Assembly: GCA_051294375.1 (NCBI GenBank)
Contig: CM119263.1
Span: forward strand, 31,174,335-31,238,334
DNA length: 64,000 bases
Source of the DNA: Paraspadella gotoi
Lineage: Eukaryota; Animalia; Chaetognatha
Direction: 5' to 3'
Under the pieces are notes generated by a model, which did not search any database, was not told the origin of the DNA, and saw only the letters and a list, made by a program, of their open reading frames with translations. Position 1 is the stretch's first letter. Each line of letters starts with the position of its first letter. Made by a program: the position numbers and the translations under genes. Of the stretch, positions 11,842 to 29,302 are shown piece after piece.

Positions 11842-14236
11842 ATGGCTCTCAGGTTAAGAGACAACGCTCTTAGCCAAGGTAGGTCGATGCGAAGACGATC
11901 CTTTGATCGAGGATCTAATCTTAGTTTTAAAAAGTCTTTTATCTCCTCGAATTCAAGGCTCGGAAAACGCGACCGTCTCCTCCAAGTCGGTCGTCATGGG
12001 AACGCAGGCTACGGCCAACGTGACGACTCGGCGTCGGTTGGCCGACGTTTCCAATATCAACGGCGCCGGGATCGTCGAAAGCTCCAAGCACGGACAAGTG
12101 AGAGTCGAATCAAAATTTGGTGGGAACCAAATTTGACAGCTCTAATGTTGGGAAAATATTTGAACTTGAGATAACTTCGTGGAGATTATTTAACGACTGA
12201 AAGCCTCATTTTAACATAAATAGTAAAGATAGTGAAAGTAAGAAGTTAGTAAAAAGATGAGCCGTGACTCGTCAGGCGAGAGACGCGCGCGCGGGAAGAA
12301 AGAGAACTCGAGCTTCGCCGTCGGCGATGAGAGTTTGGGCGGATGACTCGATGGAGTCGGTCGTGGTGAGGCTCACGGCTGAAATCACTTTCCAAGAGAA
12401 CCATCACTTACACGTATCCCTTTTTTGAGGACAGAAACCGACGGAGGTAGCGAAACCAACTTTGGGACTCAAGAAGTCGTTAGCCACTCGCAATTTGCTC
12501 GCGCCGCTTAAGGTGGAGGAGACGAAGCCGTCGAAAGCCTCTGCTGCAGCGGCCTCGGCGACTGCGGTGACAGTGAAGCAGGATGCGGCGTCGGCGGTAG
12601 TGAGGAAGGAGCAGGAGGCGTATTCGGGTGAGAGAGATTAGATGATTTTTAAATGGGGAGCGATTATTGACTTTTATCTTCTCTGTTTCTCTATCTCCCT
12701 CAGTTCACTCCCTTTCAACCTTCGTCGAAGACATCGACATCGTCGACGGCGACAACCCTCAACTCTGCGCCGAATACGTCAAGGACATCTACGTCTACCT
12801 GCGCCGTCTCGAGCGAGAATACGCCGTCGCCGAAGATTACCTGGCGGCGAAACCTGGAGCGAAGGTCAAGCCCGAGATCAACGCCAAGATGAGGACCATT
12901 CTCGTCGATTGGCTCATTCAGGTTGTTGGGGCTTTGGGAGATGGAGAGTAAATCGTGAGTTAGATGCGAGTTAATGAGTGAAAGATAAATTGTTTAAAAT
13001 ATTATGTAAAATAGGACGTAAGTAAATGAGTCACTTAAATAGTGCTAAGAGGTAAAAGTGCAAGAGCGGTTAAGGGAAATTACACGAATTGTTTTTTTGT
13101 TTTTCTTTTTTAGGTCCACCAGCGCTTCAGCCTCCTTCAAGAGACTCTCTACCTCACGGTTGCCATCCTCGATCGCTATCTACAAGTCCGCTGCGAAGTT
13201 GTCAAGAGAAAGAAGCTTCAATTGGTTGGGGTGACCTGCATGTGGATCGCTTCAAAGTACGAGGAGATGTACGCGCCGGAGATCAACGATTTTGTCTACA
13301 TTACAGACAACGCCTATAACTCGGTGCGTGGGTGGTATTTTAGGGTTAAATGCTGGTGATTGATGTACTTGGATTGCATCGCGTCAAGTTGTCCATTTTG
13401 CAGGCCGAAATTCGCCAGATGGAGCTGGATGTGTTGAGGCAGTTGGACTTCAACCTCGGAAAGCCGCTGCCGCTTCACTTTCTTCGCCGCAATTCGAAGG
13501 CCGCAGGAGTCGATGCGACGCAACACAACTTCGCCAAGTTCTTCATGGAGATCACGTTGCAGGTTCACTAGCTGAATATTTTTTTGACCAGATAAATGAT
13601 ATTCTCAGTAAGTTTATCGAGTGACTTTTGATTCGCCTGTAATGAGCTATAATGTGCAGCAGTTAAGATTATTTCTGGCATCGTTGAATTCTTTTTTTCT
13701 AAGAAGATAATAATATTATTTTTCGGTTACTTTACATCACTTGTTGGAATTATTTGGTTTATTAACGAATATTAGAACCCTCCCTTCCTATAAATGCCTT
13801 TTAATTCAATGCTTCTGTTTTTTATTTGGCGCCAGGAATACGCGTTCGTCCACGTGTCGCCCTCTCAGCTGGCGGCGGCGGCGCTTTGCCTCTCCTGCCG
13901 CGTCGTCAACGAAGACTTCGCCAAAAACGGCGGCGACGTAGAGAAGCTCAAGTGGGAAGACAAGATGGTGCACTACTCGGGGTAAGTTTTCTTTTTAGAG
14001 GAGAAGAAGAAGGTAAGTTTCTTTTATATTATTAATCAATGACGAACAATGATCCCAGGTACAAAGAATCGGAACTGGCGAAACTAATATCGCTCATCGC
14101 TTCTTTCGTCGTCAAATCCGAGACGAGCAAGTTGAACTACGTCAAACAGAAATACCAAAGCAGCAAATTCCTGCGCATCTCTTCCTCGCCGCTGCTTAAG
14201 ACCGAAGCCTTTCTGCAAATCGCCGGAGGAAAGTGA
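11842..14236 (+). CDS. CCNB: G2/mitotic-specific cyclin B (multi-exon span)
   Basis: MALR N-terminus; destruction box RRRLADVSN; cyclin box [82 protein letters not shown]; [13 protein letters not shown]; C-terminal [10 protein letters not shown]. Confidence 0.95.
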
Positions 14237-15315
14237 ATTGGGAGCGAGGAAGACGACGACGACGACGAAGTCTGAGAGACAAAAGAAAAGGGGGGGCCTC
14301 GAGAGTCGCTCATGAGGCCCCCTCCACACACCCCCGAGCACGCCGCTTTCAACGTCGCCCTTCGGGACTCCCGCTTTTTCTTCAGAATCTCGTCGCTTCG
14401 TAGAAAAAAACAAAACTGTTTCTTCCCTAAATTTACGTTTTTAAATTGAAAGACTTTTTCAAAACATTTTGATGATTACTTGATTACCATTAGTCTGTTG
14501 TTCTGTGTCCTTTGATTAAAAACGATTTACACTCTACGCGTCCCGAGTTCTGATTTGTTGAGCAGGTTTTTAAATGTTTTTTATTCTCTAAGGATGCAGC
14601 GTTTGTATTTTTGTAAACTTTTTTAGAAATATATTTTTGTACTAACATTCCACGTGGGTTCTGTGAAGAACGTATAGCTTCATTTTATTCCCTTCAACCT
14701 ATTATTGTATTTTTTCCACGACGTCTAATTTTACGAAGCCTATTTAACTTTATTTTTAATATATTTAACGGAATATGGACGTCCTTTTCAGACTTACAAT
14801 TTTGTTGGCAATAATGTTATATCTCGAACTGAGATAACTCTTTTTTTTAAATTGTTAAGCATTTTTAAATGCTTCTCCATTGTTAAACCTATCAGTTGCG
14901 TTACTTAGTTAAAAAGAGTGTTGTTTTATAAAAATTAATGGCTTTGATTTAGCTAACCTGTTTTTGCTCGGTTGTAGTTGTTAAAGCACATATTATGAGT
15001 GTTAATAATTTCATTACTCGGCTGACAAATTCCATTGTCCAATTCATTTACATTTATTTGTATAGTTTTGTTATAAATTGATGAATCGCGAGCATCGAAT
15101 GGAGACGTGAATATCCTCGAGAAAACATTTACAGAGATCTTTGACTTTGTAACTGCAATTGCATCTCATTGATTCTGGATCGACGATCATCGCCACGAGT
15201 TCATATCGATCGTTCTTGTCTTTTGTTTTTATTTCTTTTCGCAACTTCGATCATTCGATCCCAATTTATATCTTCATCTTTTCCTCATCGTTCCTTCGCC
15301 TTCAACCCCACGTTA

Positions 15316-15317
<2 letters not shown>

Positions 15318-15372
<55 letters not shown>
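15318..15372. repeat. (CT)n microsatellite
   Basis: Uninterrupted CT dinucleotide run in the cyclin B-RPLP0 spacer. Confidence 0.95.
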
Positions 15373-15376
<4 letters not shown>

Positions 15377-15808
15377 CTTGCTTTCGCCCTTGTTACGCGA
15401 CTTCTCCGTTTACCATAACCTCAACATTTCAACTTCTCTCGTCTGCTTAAATCGCTTCATTCTCGCCGACTCATCTGCTAACTATACAACCACAATCATC
15501 TGCTTTTTTTATTCTTGCTTCCATATTTTCAAACTCACGCGTCTCTTTTTGTTTTAAAACGTCAACTTGCGTATTTGTTACTATGGCAACTGTTTCTGTG
15601 AACTGAAGTATTTCATTTTTTTTCAGTCCCGCTCTCTTTTCCCACAAATTTTCTGTTCACTCTTCCTTAGTATATAATAACTTAACCGTTGGATGATCCA
15701 TCTATTTCATTCTTTAACCTCTATTCCCATTTGTAGGAATAAAGTTTATAAAATAAAGCGTCACTGACGAGTCGAATTCATCCCTAACTCGATTCCGCTT
15801 GAAAAAAA

Positions 15809-18441
15809 ATGGGGCGAACTGGAGACGAGAAGTTTCAGTGGAAGACGAACTACTTCATGAAGTTGATTCGACTTTTTGACGAATACGAAAAGTTTTTTAT
15901 CGTCGGCGTCGACAATGTGGGGTAATTTGATGCATAAAAATTGAAAAAGATTGTCCTCGAATGCCCTGAATGCCGTAAATCTTTGTCTAGGTCCAACCAG
16001 ATGCAGCAGATCCGCATCTCCCTTCGCGGTTCCGCCGATGTCCTCATGGGAAAAAACACGATGATGCGAAAAGTCATTCGCGGTCGTTTGGAGACGAACC
16101 CCACTTTGGAAAAGGTCTCCCTTAAATCTTGGGATACGTATTTCGTGTCTTTTACCAAATTATTTCTATACTAAATGATGACAAAAATTTATTCATTGAT
16201 TGAATCTGTGATTCATGATCTTTTCAGTACCTTTACCGACTGAAGACAAAGAACTTTGACGACTCTGCCGACTTTTTCAAATCCTTTCTTTCAACATTCT
16301 CTCGTTTCTTTTCCCGCCCTCCCTTTCTCTCAACCCTGTTCCAATTCCTCCGTCCACACCGAAGATCCTCCCCCACATCGTCCGCAACGTCGGCTTCGTC
16401 TTCACGAAGGAAGACTTGACCGAAATCCGCGACCGCCTCGTCTCTAACCGGAAGCCGGCGGCGGCCAAAGCCGGCGCCTTGGCTCCGGTCGACGTCTACG
16501 TTCCTTCGCTCAACACGGGCCTCGGCCCAGAAAAGACTTCCTTCTTTCAGGTTTTCCTTTTTTCCTTCTTTGAAATTAAGGAACCATGGCTCGTCTCTGT
16601 TTGACGTTTTTTTTTTCATTTAGATTTGCCGTTTATTTTTATTTTTTATACTCCGCTTTTGCATACAAACGCTTTTCTCCCTGTGAACTAAACCTCCTCG
16701 TTTTTGCAGTTTTTCTCTCCGTTCCCCAAAATCGGTCCAAGCGTATTTCCCCCTCTTCGCTCGGGACACTGAAACTGGAGGGAATGACCCGTGAAAACAA
16801 ATCTGCGGTAAATTTCGTTGACGTGTTTCCGTCTATCCGTTTGGTGTTAATGAATTCCCGTTTGGTTACCAATTCATCATTCGTCCGTCGGCGACATTCA
16901 ACTCTTTCTTAAATGTCCAGGCTCTCAACATCCCCACTAAGATCACGAGAGGCTGCATCGAAATCCTCTCCGCGACGAAGATGTGCACCGAAGGTGAGAG
17001 GGTCGGCGCCTCCGAGGCCACCTTGCTCGCCATGCTCGGTATTCAGCCTTTTTCCTACGGCTTAGAAGTCAAGGTTCGTAGCTCATGTCCATTTTTGTGA
17101 CGCGAGCTGTCTATGCCACGCCCCACCTGTCTCATCCCCAGATGGTCTACGACAACGGGTCCCTTTACCACCCGTCGATCCTGGACATCACCGACGACGA
17201 CGTTCGCGCTCGATTCCTTCAAGGCGCCGCCACCGTCACTATGGTCTCCCTTGCCATTGGGTACCCGACCAAGCTCTCCGTTCCTCATATGATCGCTAAT
17301 GGATTCAGGTGACACGAATTTGACGACGTATGGATGAACCTCATTACTCATTAGTGCGTAACAGATGTGCTTTTAGTATAGCTTGGGTAAACCAGTGTGT
17401 AGATCTTGGAGAAACGGTCAAATATTCTTATCAAAACTTGACTCGGTTTTTAAAATTAATGGTTAATTTTGAAGGAGCCGAGGAAGGATCATTGCGAAGC
17501 CGGGGGTTTTTCAATTACGGCTTGATTTCTTTTCGATTGTTAACATTTTTTCTTGCACCAGACGGCTTATAAAATAATAGAAATTATGACAAGGCAATGC
17601 CAATACGACAATATGCAAATGAGGTTGATGAACTCAATCTCATTCTTGGTTGCATCAAAAGTTCCTTCCTTAGAATAACGCTCACTCGGCTGGAATGAAG
17701 AACATGTTATTAAATACGAATCAAAGAACATTAATATGAAACGAGAGAATAAAGAAATAAAGATTAAGTCTTTAAATAATCATATAGTATGGCAACGGAG
17801 GGACATGTGTGATGCCTGGGGTGTGAGGCATCTCCCGACAGCTGGCGCTCAGGGCTTTGGACCCTCAGTGACCACCCCATGTCACTGGCGCGTTTATGCC
17901 GACACCATCACACTTTAACCAGCCTGACCGTGAGGGGATTGAACCCGGAACTCACGGTTGGTGAATGAGTTCTTGGCTGTCCAAGCCAATGGGACGAGCT
18001 GAGTTTCACCAAGCTATACGGGAGGCGAATTTAGGATTCGCCACAATAGTCTATTATTGAAGATCAATATCGAGAATCCGATTTCAATCCACGAGAAACC
18101 CGATTTCCATTCGTGAGACTCTGCTTCCAACATTTTCACGTCGTCGTCCCAGGAATTTATTGGCCGTCGCCGTGGAGACCGACTACACTTTTAAAGAGGC
18201 GGCGGGAATTAAGGAGTTTCTATCTGATCCTTCGAAGATGGAGGCTTTGGTCGCCGCCGCCTCCGCCGCCGCCGCAGCCGAGGCTCCTGCCGAAAAGGAG
18301 GAAGAGGTACCTCGATATCAAAAAATTAAATTCGTTAAAAATTAATTTAATTAATTAATTGGTTCATAGGCCCCACCGGCCAAGGAGGAGGAGGAAGAGG
18401 ATTCCTCGGAGGAGGACATGGGATTCGGACTTTTTGACTGA
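15809..18441 (+). CDS. RPLP0: 60S acidic ribosomal protein P0 (uL10)
   Basis: [87 protein letters not shown]; C-terminal [18 protein letters not shown]-stop. Confidence 0.97.
16175..16243 (+). ncRNA. Candidate intronic C/D box snoRNA in RPLP0 intron
   Basis: Perfect C box ATGATGA (16175-16181) and D box CTGA (16240-16243) spanning 69 nt in an enlarged ribosomal-protein intron; no clear terminal stem and no verified target. Confidence 0.35.
17788..18045 (-). mobile_element. Solo LTR of a diverged subfamily of the tRNA-LTR TRIM, in an RPLP0 intron
   Basis: 258 bp; minus-strand termini TGTGGCG...GTTGCCATA; B box GGGTTCAATCCCC; colinear with the 259-bp LTRs; 4-bp TSD ATAG (17784-17787 / 18046-18049). 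Confidence 0.88.
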
Positions 18442-18843
18442 AACTTTTTTTTTTTGACGCGTTTTTGACGTGAACTTTGTCATTTTTTTGGTAAAATTTT
18501 TAATTTATTAAGTAGTGAGAATATTTCTAACATTTTTCTCCAAACAAAAACAAAAACTAGATATCTAGTTTGGCGTGCTTCTTATGTTTTTTACGTTTAT
18601 TATCACTTATATAATTTCTTATCGTTATATATTTTAAGAATTACCTCAAAATTCAAACCATATTTTTTATACGTTTGCAGTTATATTACAAACGTTGGAA
18701 CTTTATCAAGATTCCATCCATCGATTCATCGACGTTGACGAATCGATGACCAAAGATGCGACTCGTTTTTCTCAATCGAATGAAAAGGAGACAAAAAATG
18801 ACATTTGTGATTTAAAGGAAATTATTGAGTCGTAGAAAGACTC

Positions 18844-20658
18844 ATGGCCTCCTTGGATAACGAGGAGGGATTGTTGGATCTCCACTGGGATGACATTCTC
18901 ATTCCACGGATCCTCCCTTTTCTCTCTGTCAAGGTTGGTCCACTAGTTAATTTTCTAAAATGTTCAAAGATTCGCATTAATAACTAATAAAAAGGAGAAT
19001 AAATTGTCCTTGCTTAGGATTTATTCATCCTTCGCGCCGTCAGCAAAAACTTTTCCGAATTGATCGATAGATTTTTGAGCAGAAATCGTCGTTTGGTTTT
19101 GGACGAAAGGATTTATCAGAGACTCTCCGTGGCGGGTTATCAGGTTCGAGGAAATTGGAAGGGTGGACTAAAATCCACAAACCCTTCACAGCGGCCATTG
19201 GTGCAGGAGGCAAGTCATTCGCCTCCCAACCCAAAGGCCCTGTGGCCGATTCTCAGTTGACAGGGACGGGGCGCTTAACCCGGCTGCAACTTGGTGTTCC
19301 GGCCCGATCGGAAGCTCAAGGACTGCTTATATTGAACGGTTCTATCACTAACTCATAACAAATAATCTGTCTCTTCTTTTGATTTATTTAATTACGACTT
19401 ATGATTGAGCCTTCAGCACTTTTGTAGAAAGCTCGTTCCTTAATTAAGTCCTCTGTCAATTCATTTCCTTTTTCAACGCTCCACTTCCAGCTGATCTCCT
19501 CCACCTCCACCAACCTCCGTCTAATAAACCTCAGCGGATCCTCGATCAGGTGGCTCCGCAACGAGGTGCTACGTCCCACCTTATTCATAAACCCGCACCT
19601 CACTCACCTCGATCTCTCAGATTGCAATGGCCTCACTGAGGAAATCCTCTTGGATTTGGCCGCTTGCGAGTGCGCCAAAAATTTGAAAAGTGAGTCGTTG
19701 GATGTCATTTTGTCACGACTGTATCTTGTCGGTCAAAATTATTTGAATAACTTCCTTTGATTTTATTTTTTCAAAATATCAATTTGATCCTATTTGAGAT
19801 TAAAAATTATGGTAGCCTATCAGAAACCTCTGTGAGTGTGCTTTTGGTAGCACACTAACAGTAACAACTGCTTCGGCCTTTTTAGCCAATGGGAGCACAA
19901 GGGATAGTAATCTTTACAAACATGATTACCTTAGCCGTTTCTCAATAAGCCTACATATTTTCCATATCTCACCAAAGCCCTTTGCCTCGCGGGTTGCGGC
20001 TGGGCCGACGCCGCCGCTGTCACCACTCTTCTCTCGGCCACCGGCTCTCTGCAGCGTCTCGACTTAAAGGGCTGCTGGGGCTGCGGCGACGAGTCCGTTG
20101 CGACCGCGCTCGTAGCCAAAAATCCCGCCATCAAGTCCGTCTGTCTGGCTAAAATTTATGGATTAAGGGACGGGAGCGTACGGATTCTGGCCCAGGGAGC
20201 GAGAAGCTTGAAGTCTGTTAATCTGAGGTATTCAAAGATCCTTTTGTAAAGCGCTTCTTCTTTATGATTTTTGAGGTTTTAATTATTTTGAAGGTGTAAA
20301 GAAACATCGAAACTTTCCATTTCATTTTCAATTAAATGATAAGTTCTTCCGTTACAGATCTAACCAAATATAATCTAACCGTTCAGTCCCCTTTTCCCCT
20401 AACCGACGTTTCCACCATTTTCCCTTTTTTTTTTTTTTGACCCTCAGCGAGTGCTACCGACTGACCAACACCTCCGTCTTCTACTTGACCGAGTACTGTC
20501 CATCCCTGACGCAGCTGTACGTCCGGGGCTGCCGCGACATCGACGCAGCAGGAGTGGAGCGGCTGCGGCGGCGCGGAGTCGAAATCGACGTCGAGGACGC
20601 GACGACGAAACTCGAACAGAAACAAGAAAAACCCAAAATGATTTTTTTGCAAATTTGA
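18844..20658 (+). CDS. FBXL15: F-box/LRR-repeat protein 15-like
   Basis: F-box LLDLHWDDILIPRILPFLSVKDLFILRAVSKNF, followed by cysteine-containing LRRs (LTHLDLSDCNGLT, LQRLDLKGCWGCGD, LSECYRLTNTSVFYLTEYCPSLTQLYVRGCRDI) and RLRRRGVEIDVE. Confidence 0.8.
19158..19330 (+). other. GC-rich structured intronic insert, possibly a degenerate tRNA-Gly-derived SINE head
   Basis: CATTGGTG...TCGCCTCCCA...AGGCCC resembles the 5' two-thirds of tRNA-Gly(CCC); no B box; several short hairpins (GGAGGC/GCCTCC, GAAGGGT/ACCCTTC). Confidence 0.3.
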
Positions 20659-20921
20659 ATTTTATTTTTGGGAATAAAGCGAATCAAGATTTGTTTTCAA
20701 TATCGGTCATCTTTTACTGACTCCCCCTCCACATCAGTCATTCCTTGTGCTAATCGTAGTATTTATGGTCCTCCCAGTTTTACCAGAATATTTAATTATT
20801 TATTATTGTTACGAAATGTTTTTTTTTTTCGTTTTCTTTTCTCGTTATCGTGGATTCGTTGTTTTTTTTTAAGGGAGCAGAGTTTCTAGGTCTAGATAGG
20901 GAAGGGAAGGCTGACCAAAGC

Positions 20922-22179
20922 ATGTCCGACACCAGAACATGCCGAAGATGTGAAAAGGTGAGTGAAGGCGGAGTTTGAATTGTCTCGTCCCAGAAAGACT
21001 CATCGATTTACTCGTTCCTTTGAGGTGGGCCACATCGCCCGTAACTGCCCCTCGAAACCAGCGGAGGGCGCACCGGGCGCGATGGGCGAAGGCGGAAGAG
21101 GCGGCGGCGGCCGGGGGCGCGTCTTTACTCGGGGAGGTGATTTTTGGTCGCATAACTTGCATATTATTAAATTGAAAAAATATCTCTCCTGACTCGTTAA
21201 TTTATATCCCGTTTTTGTGACGAAATAACCGGTTGACCGTCATTGTGTAATAGAATAATTTGTGGTTCATTTCAAATGAGATTGAACAACTCAAAAGAAG
21301 AATCACAAAATCTCTTCCGATCCACGACCCTCATTTCTGCATCCAATTTGATCATAAATGCAGGCGGTCGCGGTCGAGGTGGGCGTGGAGGCGGATTCGG
21401 CAACATGGCCGATGTACAGTGTTACAACTGCGCCCAGATGGGTCATATCGCCAGGTAAGGTCGTTTGGAGTTTTTTAAGTTATTATGTGGAATTTTTAAG
21501 TCCTACCCTTTCTCATTTATTTTGTAGCCAACGAAAGGAAGATGAGGAGAGAGAGAGAGNNNNNNNNNNAGAGAGAGAGAGAAAACGCAGGATGACAATT
21601 AATGCCTTTTTTAAGAAAAAAAATAACGTTTTCCAATCTTAAGCAAATGCGAGAACGAGCGCGTGGAAATGTCTCGGCCGCGTGGCGGTCGTGGTGGCGG
21701 ACGCGGCGGCCGCAGAGGGGGCGGCGGTGGAGGAGGAGGATATGCCGAAGTCGACTGTTACAACTGCGGGGAACTCGGCCACATCGCCAAGTTAGACTCT
21801 GGAAGGTTTTTCATGTGATGTACGGATAAAAGAGTCTCATTCTTGTTTGTCTTCAGTGATTGCACGAACGAGCGCGTCGAGGGGGCGGGTCCATCCCGCG
21901 GCCGGGGACGCGGTCGCGGCGGCGGTGGTGGTGGCGGCGGCGGCGGCAGCGGAGTCCCCATGGAGGACGTTGTGTGCCACAACTGTTCGCGCACGGGACA
22001 CTTCATGAGAAACTGCCCCGATAAGTCACTCGACAACATCAAGTGTTACAGGTCAGGGATGTGATAGTTTAATAGTTTTACGTTGTGTAATAGTGTCACG
22101 ATTGACCATAACCTATCTTGTGATCAGATGTAATGTTATGGGCCACTTTGCGCGCGACTGTCCCAACGAGGAAGAGTAA
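20922..22179 (+). CDS. CNBP/Gis2-like protein with five CCHC zinc knuckles separated by RGG-rich linkers
   Basis: Spliced exons give CRRCEKVGHIARNC, CYNCAQMGHIARQC, CYNCGELGHIANDC, CHNCSRTGHFMRNC and CYRCNVMGHFARDC with GRGRGG linkers; stop TAA 22177-22179. Confidence 0.85.
21560..21569. other. Assembly gap (10 N) inside an intronic (GA)n tract
   Basis: Run of n characters flanked by GAGA repeats. Confidence 0.99.
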
Positions 22180-24058
22180 AAGGAGAAGAGCGAAGGCCTT
22201 TATCCAAAACGGAATAAAGTCGCCACCTCAAAAATGGAAGAATACTGAGTAGCGAGTATTCTTCGTCGACCACTTTTTTCGGATAATAAATGTTTCGCCG
22301 GCAAGAAGGATAAAATGGTTTTAAAAAAAAAACGGATAAATAGATTTACTGAACCTTCTCGCAGAATCACGGATTTTTCTATCTCTTAAACTGAATCAAT
22401 CCGTAGTGTAGATAGCAATTTATTTTAATTTAAAAAATGGGAAACAATTTCTTTTGATTTGTCTTTTAAAGTTGAAGTATAATTTATTTTGACTTATCAA
22501 TCAAATTAATGAAATTCAGATGAGTTTTAAACATTTAATTACTTTTCTTAAAAGATCCAGTTTTTTATCTTTTAAATTTGTTTTATTTTCGACTATTTTA
22601 TGTGTGACTTCGACGATTTGTGCCGATTGTTCGTAATATATCAATATGTTAAATGTTTAATTTTGCACGAGAGCATTTTAATTATCTAAATGCTAATTAT
22701 CTAGAATTTTTTTTACATAATAGTCTGTGTTTTACTCTTAGCTTTAATGCAGTTTTTTTTGTTTTGTTTTTTTTGCTACAAACGGCACGCTTTGTCTCTT
22801 GGTGTTTGGAAATACCCACTCGGGATTTGGTTGATTTTCTTGTAGAGAAGACGAGAAGGGAAGGCATCGCAAGAGCTTTATACGAAATAATTAATAATAC
22901 GAAATAGTTATTATTAATTATTGAATATTGAACCAAAGAGAAAGAGCGCACGTTTCACGTTTCCTCCTCTCGAGATCCGTGTGTCCAAGTCGTTGAAGTG
23001 GTTTGAACTTTTTTCGAGAGGCGAAAATGACCCGGCGTTTTTTCTTGGTTAAAAAACGAAAAGGAAGGAAAAAAATCAGGACGAGTTTTGTCTATGAATT
23101 TTTTAAGCTGAAAACAATCGGACGATTTTTTGGTCTCTAGTCTGATTTATTTGCGTTTAAATCGATTGCAAAGCAATTCTTTATTTTTGATAGGATTTCT
23201 GTCTGCAGAGTTTTCTCGGTAGATTGGCGACATAGTCGAATCGAACGAGTTTAAAAATAAAAATAAACATTTTCAGTAAAAATTGATAAAACTGTCGCGA
23301 AGTTGCGTTTGATTCTTCTATGTGGTGCCCACAATCAGAAATCAATTTTGAAGATTATTTAGATGTAAGTTTATATTGATTAAAGATTTTAGTGCTGTGG
23401 TGTTTGAAACGGAAACTTTATTCTCCAGCGATAACGTCATGGAGTTTTGGGTTAAAATGATTTTTTATAATATAGGTGTGTAAAGATTTCGGGGTGAAAA
23501 GCTTAATTATTATTGAAGGATGCCCTTCAAAATTGACTTCTGTCAGCCTTATTAGCTAAGTATCGATTTAAGCTTGAAGATATGCCCGCCTCGCGAGACA
23601 GAGAAATCGTGGCGGTGAGAAATGACAACGTAGACATTCCATTTGTTTCTTTGTAGATCTGATGTGTATTTTTCGACGGTCATTTTTTTATCGCGACCAG
23701 AAAGAAAATACGAATAAGTACACCGAAAAGAAAAATCAAACCGTAAATTTACATTTTTTCTTTGCTAATTTTGCTTTTCACGCGTAGTCAATATAAAATA
23801 CCCACCCCATTCCTGTTGTAGCGAAAAAGTTCTTGACAACGGGTTCATCTATTTAAAAAAAAAATTGCAAAAAAAACTTATTACATTGTTTTAAACTCTT
23901 GTTGTTGTTTTTCTTTTTCAAAAAACAAAACATAACCAGGTTAAGCGAGTTTAATATACTAAGGCTATTAGCTTCTGTCGTTCACGCCGCTGATCATTAT
24001 CATAAGGGAACAAGAAAAGAAAAAAAACTGCGCAATTTTAATAGAAAGAAAAAAGAAA

Positions 24059-28295
<4,237 letters not shown>

Positions 28296-29302
28296 AAACG
28301 TACGGTGACTTTTGTTTGACTTTATAGACTCTGGAGTTTTGGTGGCTGACCGGCAGAGGGCGGAAACGAAAGCCGCGACGTTTTATTATTATTTTATTAA
28401 TATCATTTGGGAGAAAAAAACTTTTGGATGGAAGTTTAAGGACTCGAAAACTGAAGTGAACTTTTTTACATTTGTATTCAGAATCATGTTGAGATAATTT
28501 TTTTGGTTTACTTTTATTTTTATCATGATTTGAAAATGTTGCTTGACGAATGTGATAATAAAACGACCTTAATCACGAATCTAGTCAATTCCTTTTGTTT
28601 TATGAGATTTTCATTTTGATAATGACGACGAAATGACTTATTAAGTTTAATGTCTTAGAGGAAAGTTTGACCGTTTAACGCACGGAGCTCTTAACTTGGA
28701 ATTTTAGTGAGGAAAAGAGACATCTTATATTCCCGTGCTGGGTTTCAGAACCTCATAGAGCGTCTTAAATTTTATTTGGAGTGAATGACTTACGGGCATC
28801 AATTTTTTAAAATTTAAAACTAATTAGAAACTTCGCACGCGCAGTATTCGTGTTATGCTAATTTCCCGAAAATAAAAACTATTACCAATTTCTTAAATGA
28901 ACCAAAATTAAACATTATTAACCTAAGAAAATTAGTAATATTTAACTTCTCGAGCAACCGAACGAATATACCATTACTTTATCACAACACAAATAATATT
29001 GAGGGATTGAAAGTCCTCAAATTGCTACAAATATAGTATCGAGAAATTCGTCCATTTCGATCCTTCGTCTCAGTTGCTTTCTTCATCTTCGAGCTGCCCA
29101 TTTCATTTGAATGCGTTTATACCTTAATACTTTAATACCTTAAGATCTCGACACTCAATGAAAGAACTGTCTCCGAACTCCATTTTCATTCCACCGAAGA
29201 AAAAAATTTTTTCAATAAATTTTCTTGCAATTTATTAATTTCAGACATTTATATTTATCGAGAAAGAACTCGTTTTTACAAACAAATATTTCACGCGTGA
29301 CG

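Noticed and set aside
17845-17870. Pistol-ribozyme-like AAGCCCTGAGCG on the minus strand of the solo LTR
   Set aside because: The required P1-loop pseudoknot partner and AAA linker are not arranged correctly, and the full-length copies differ at this motif.
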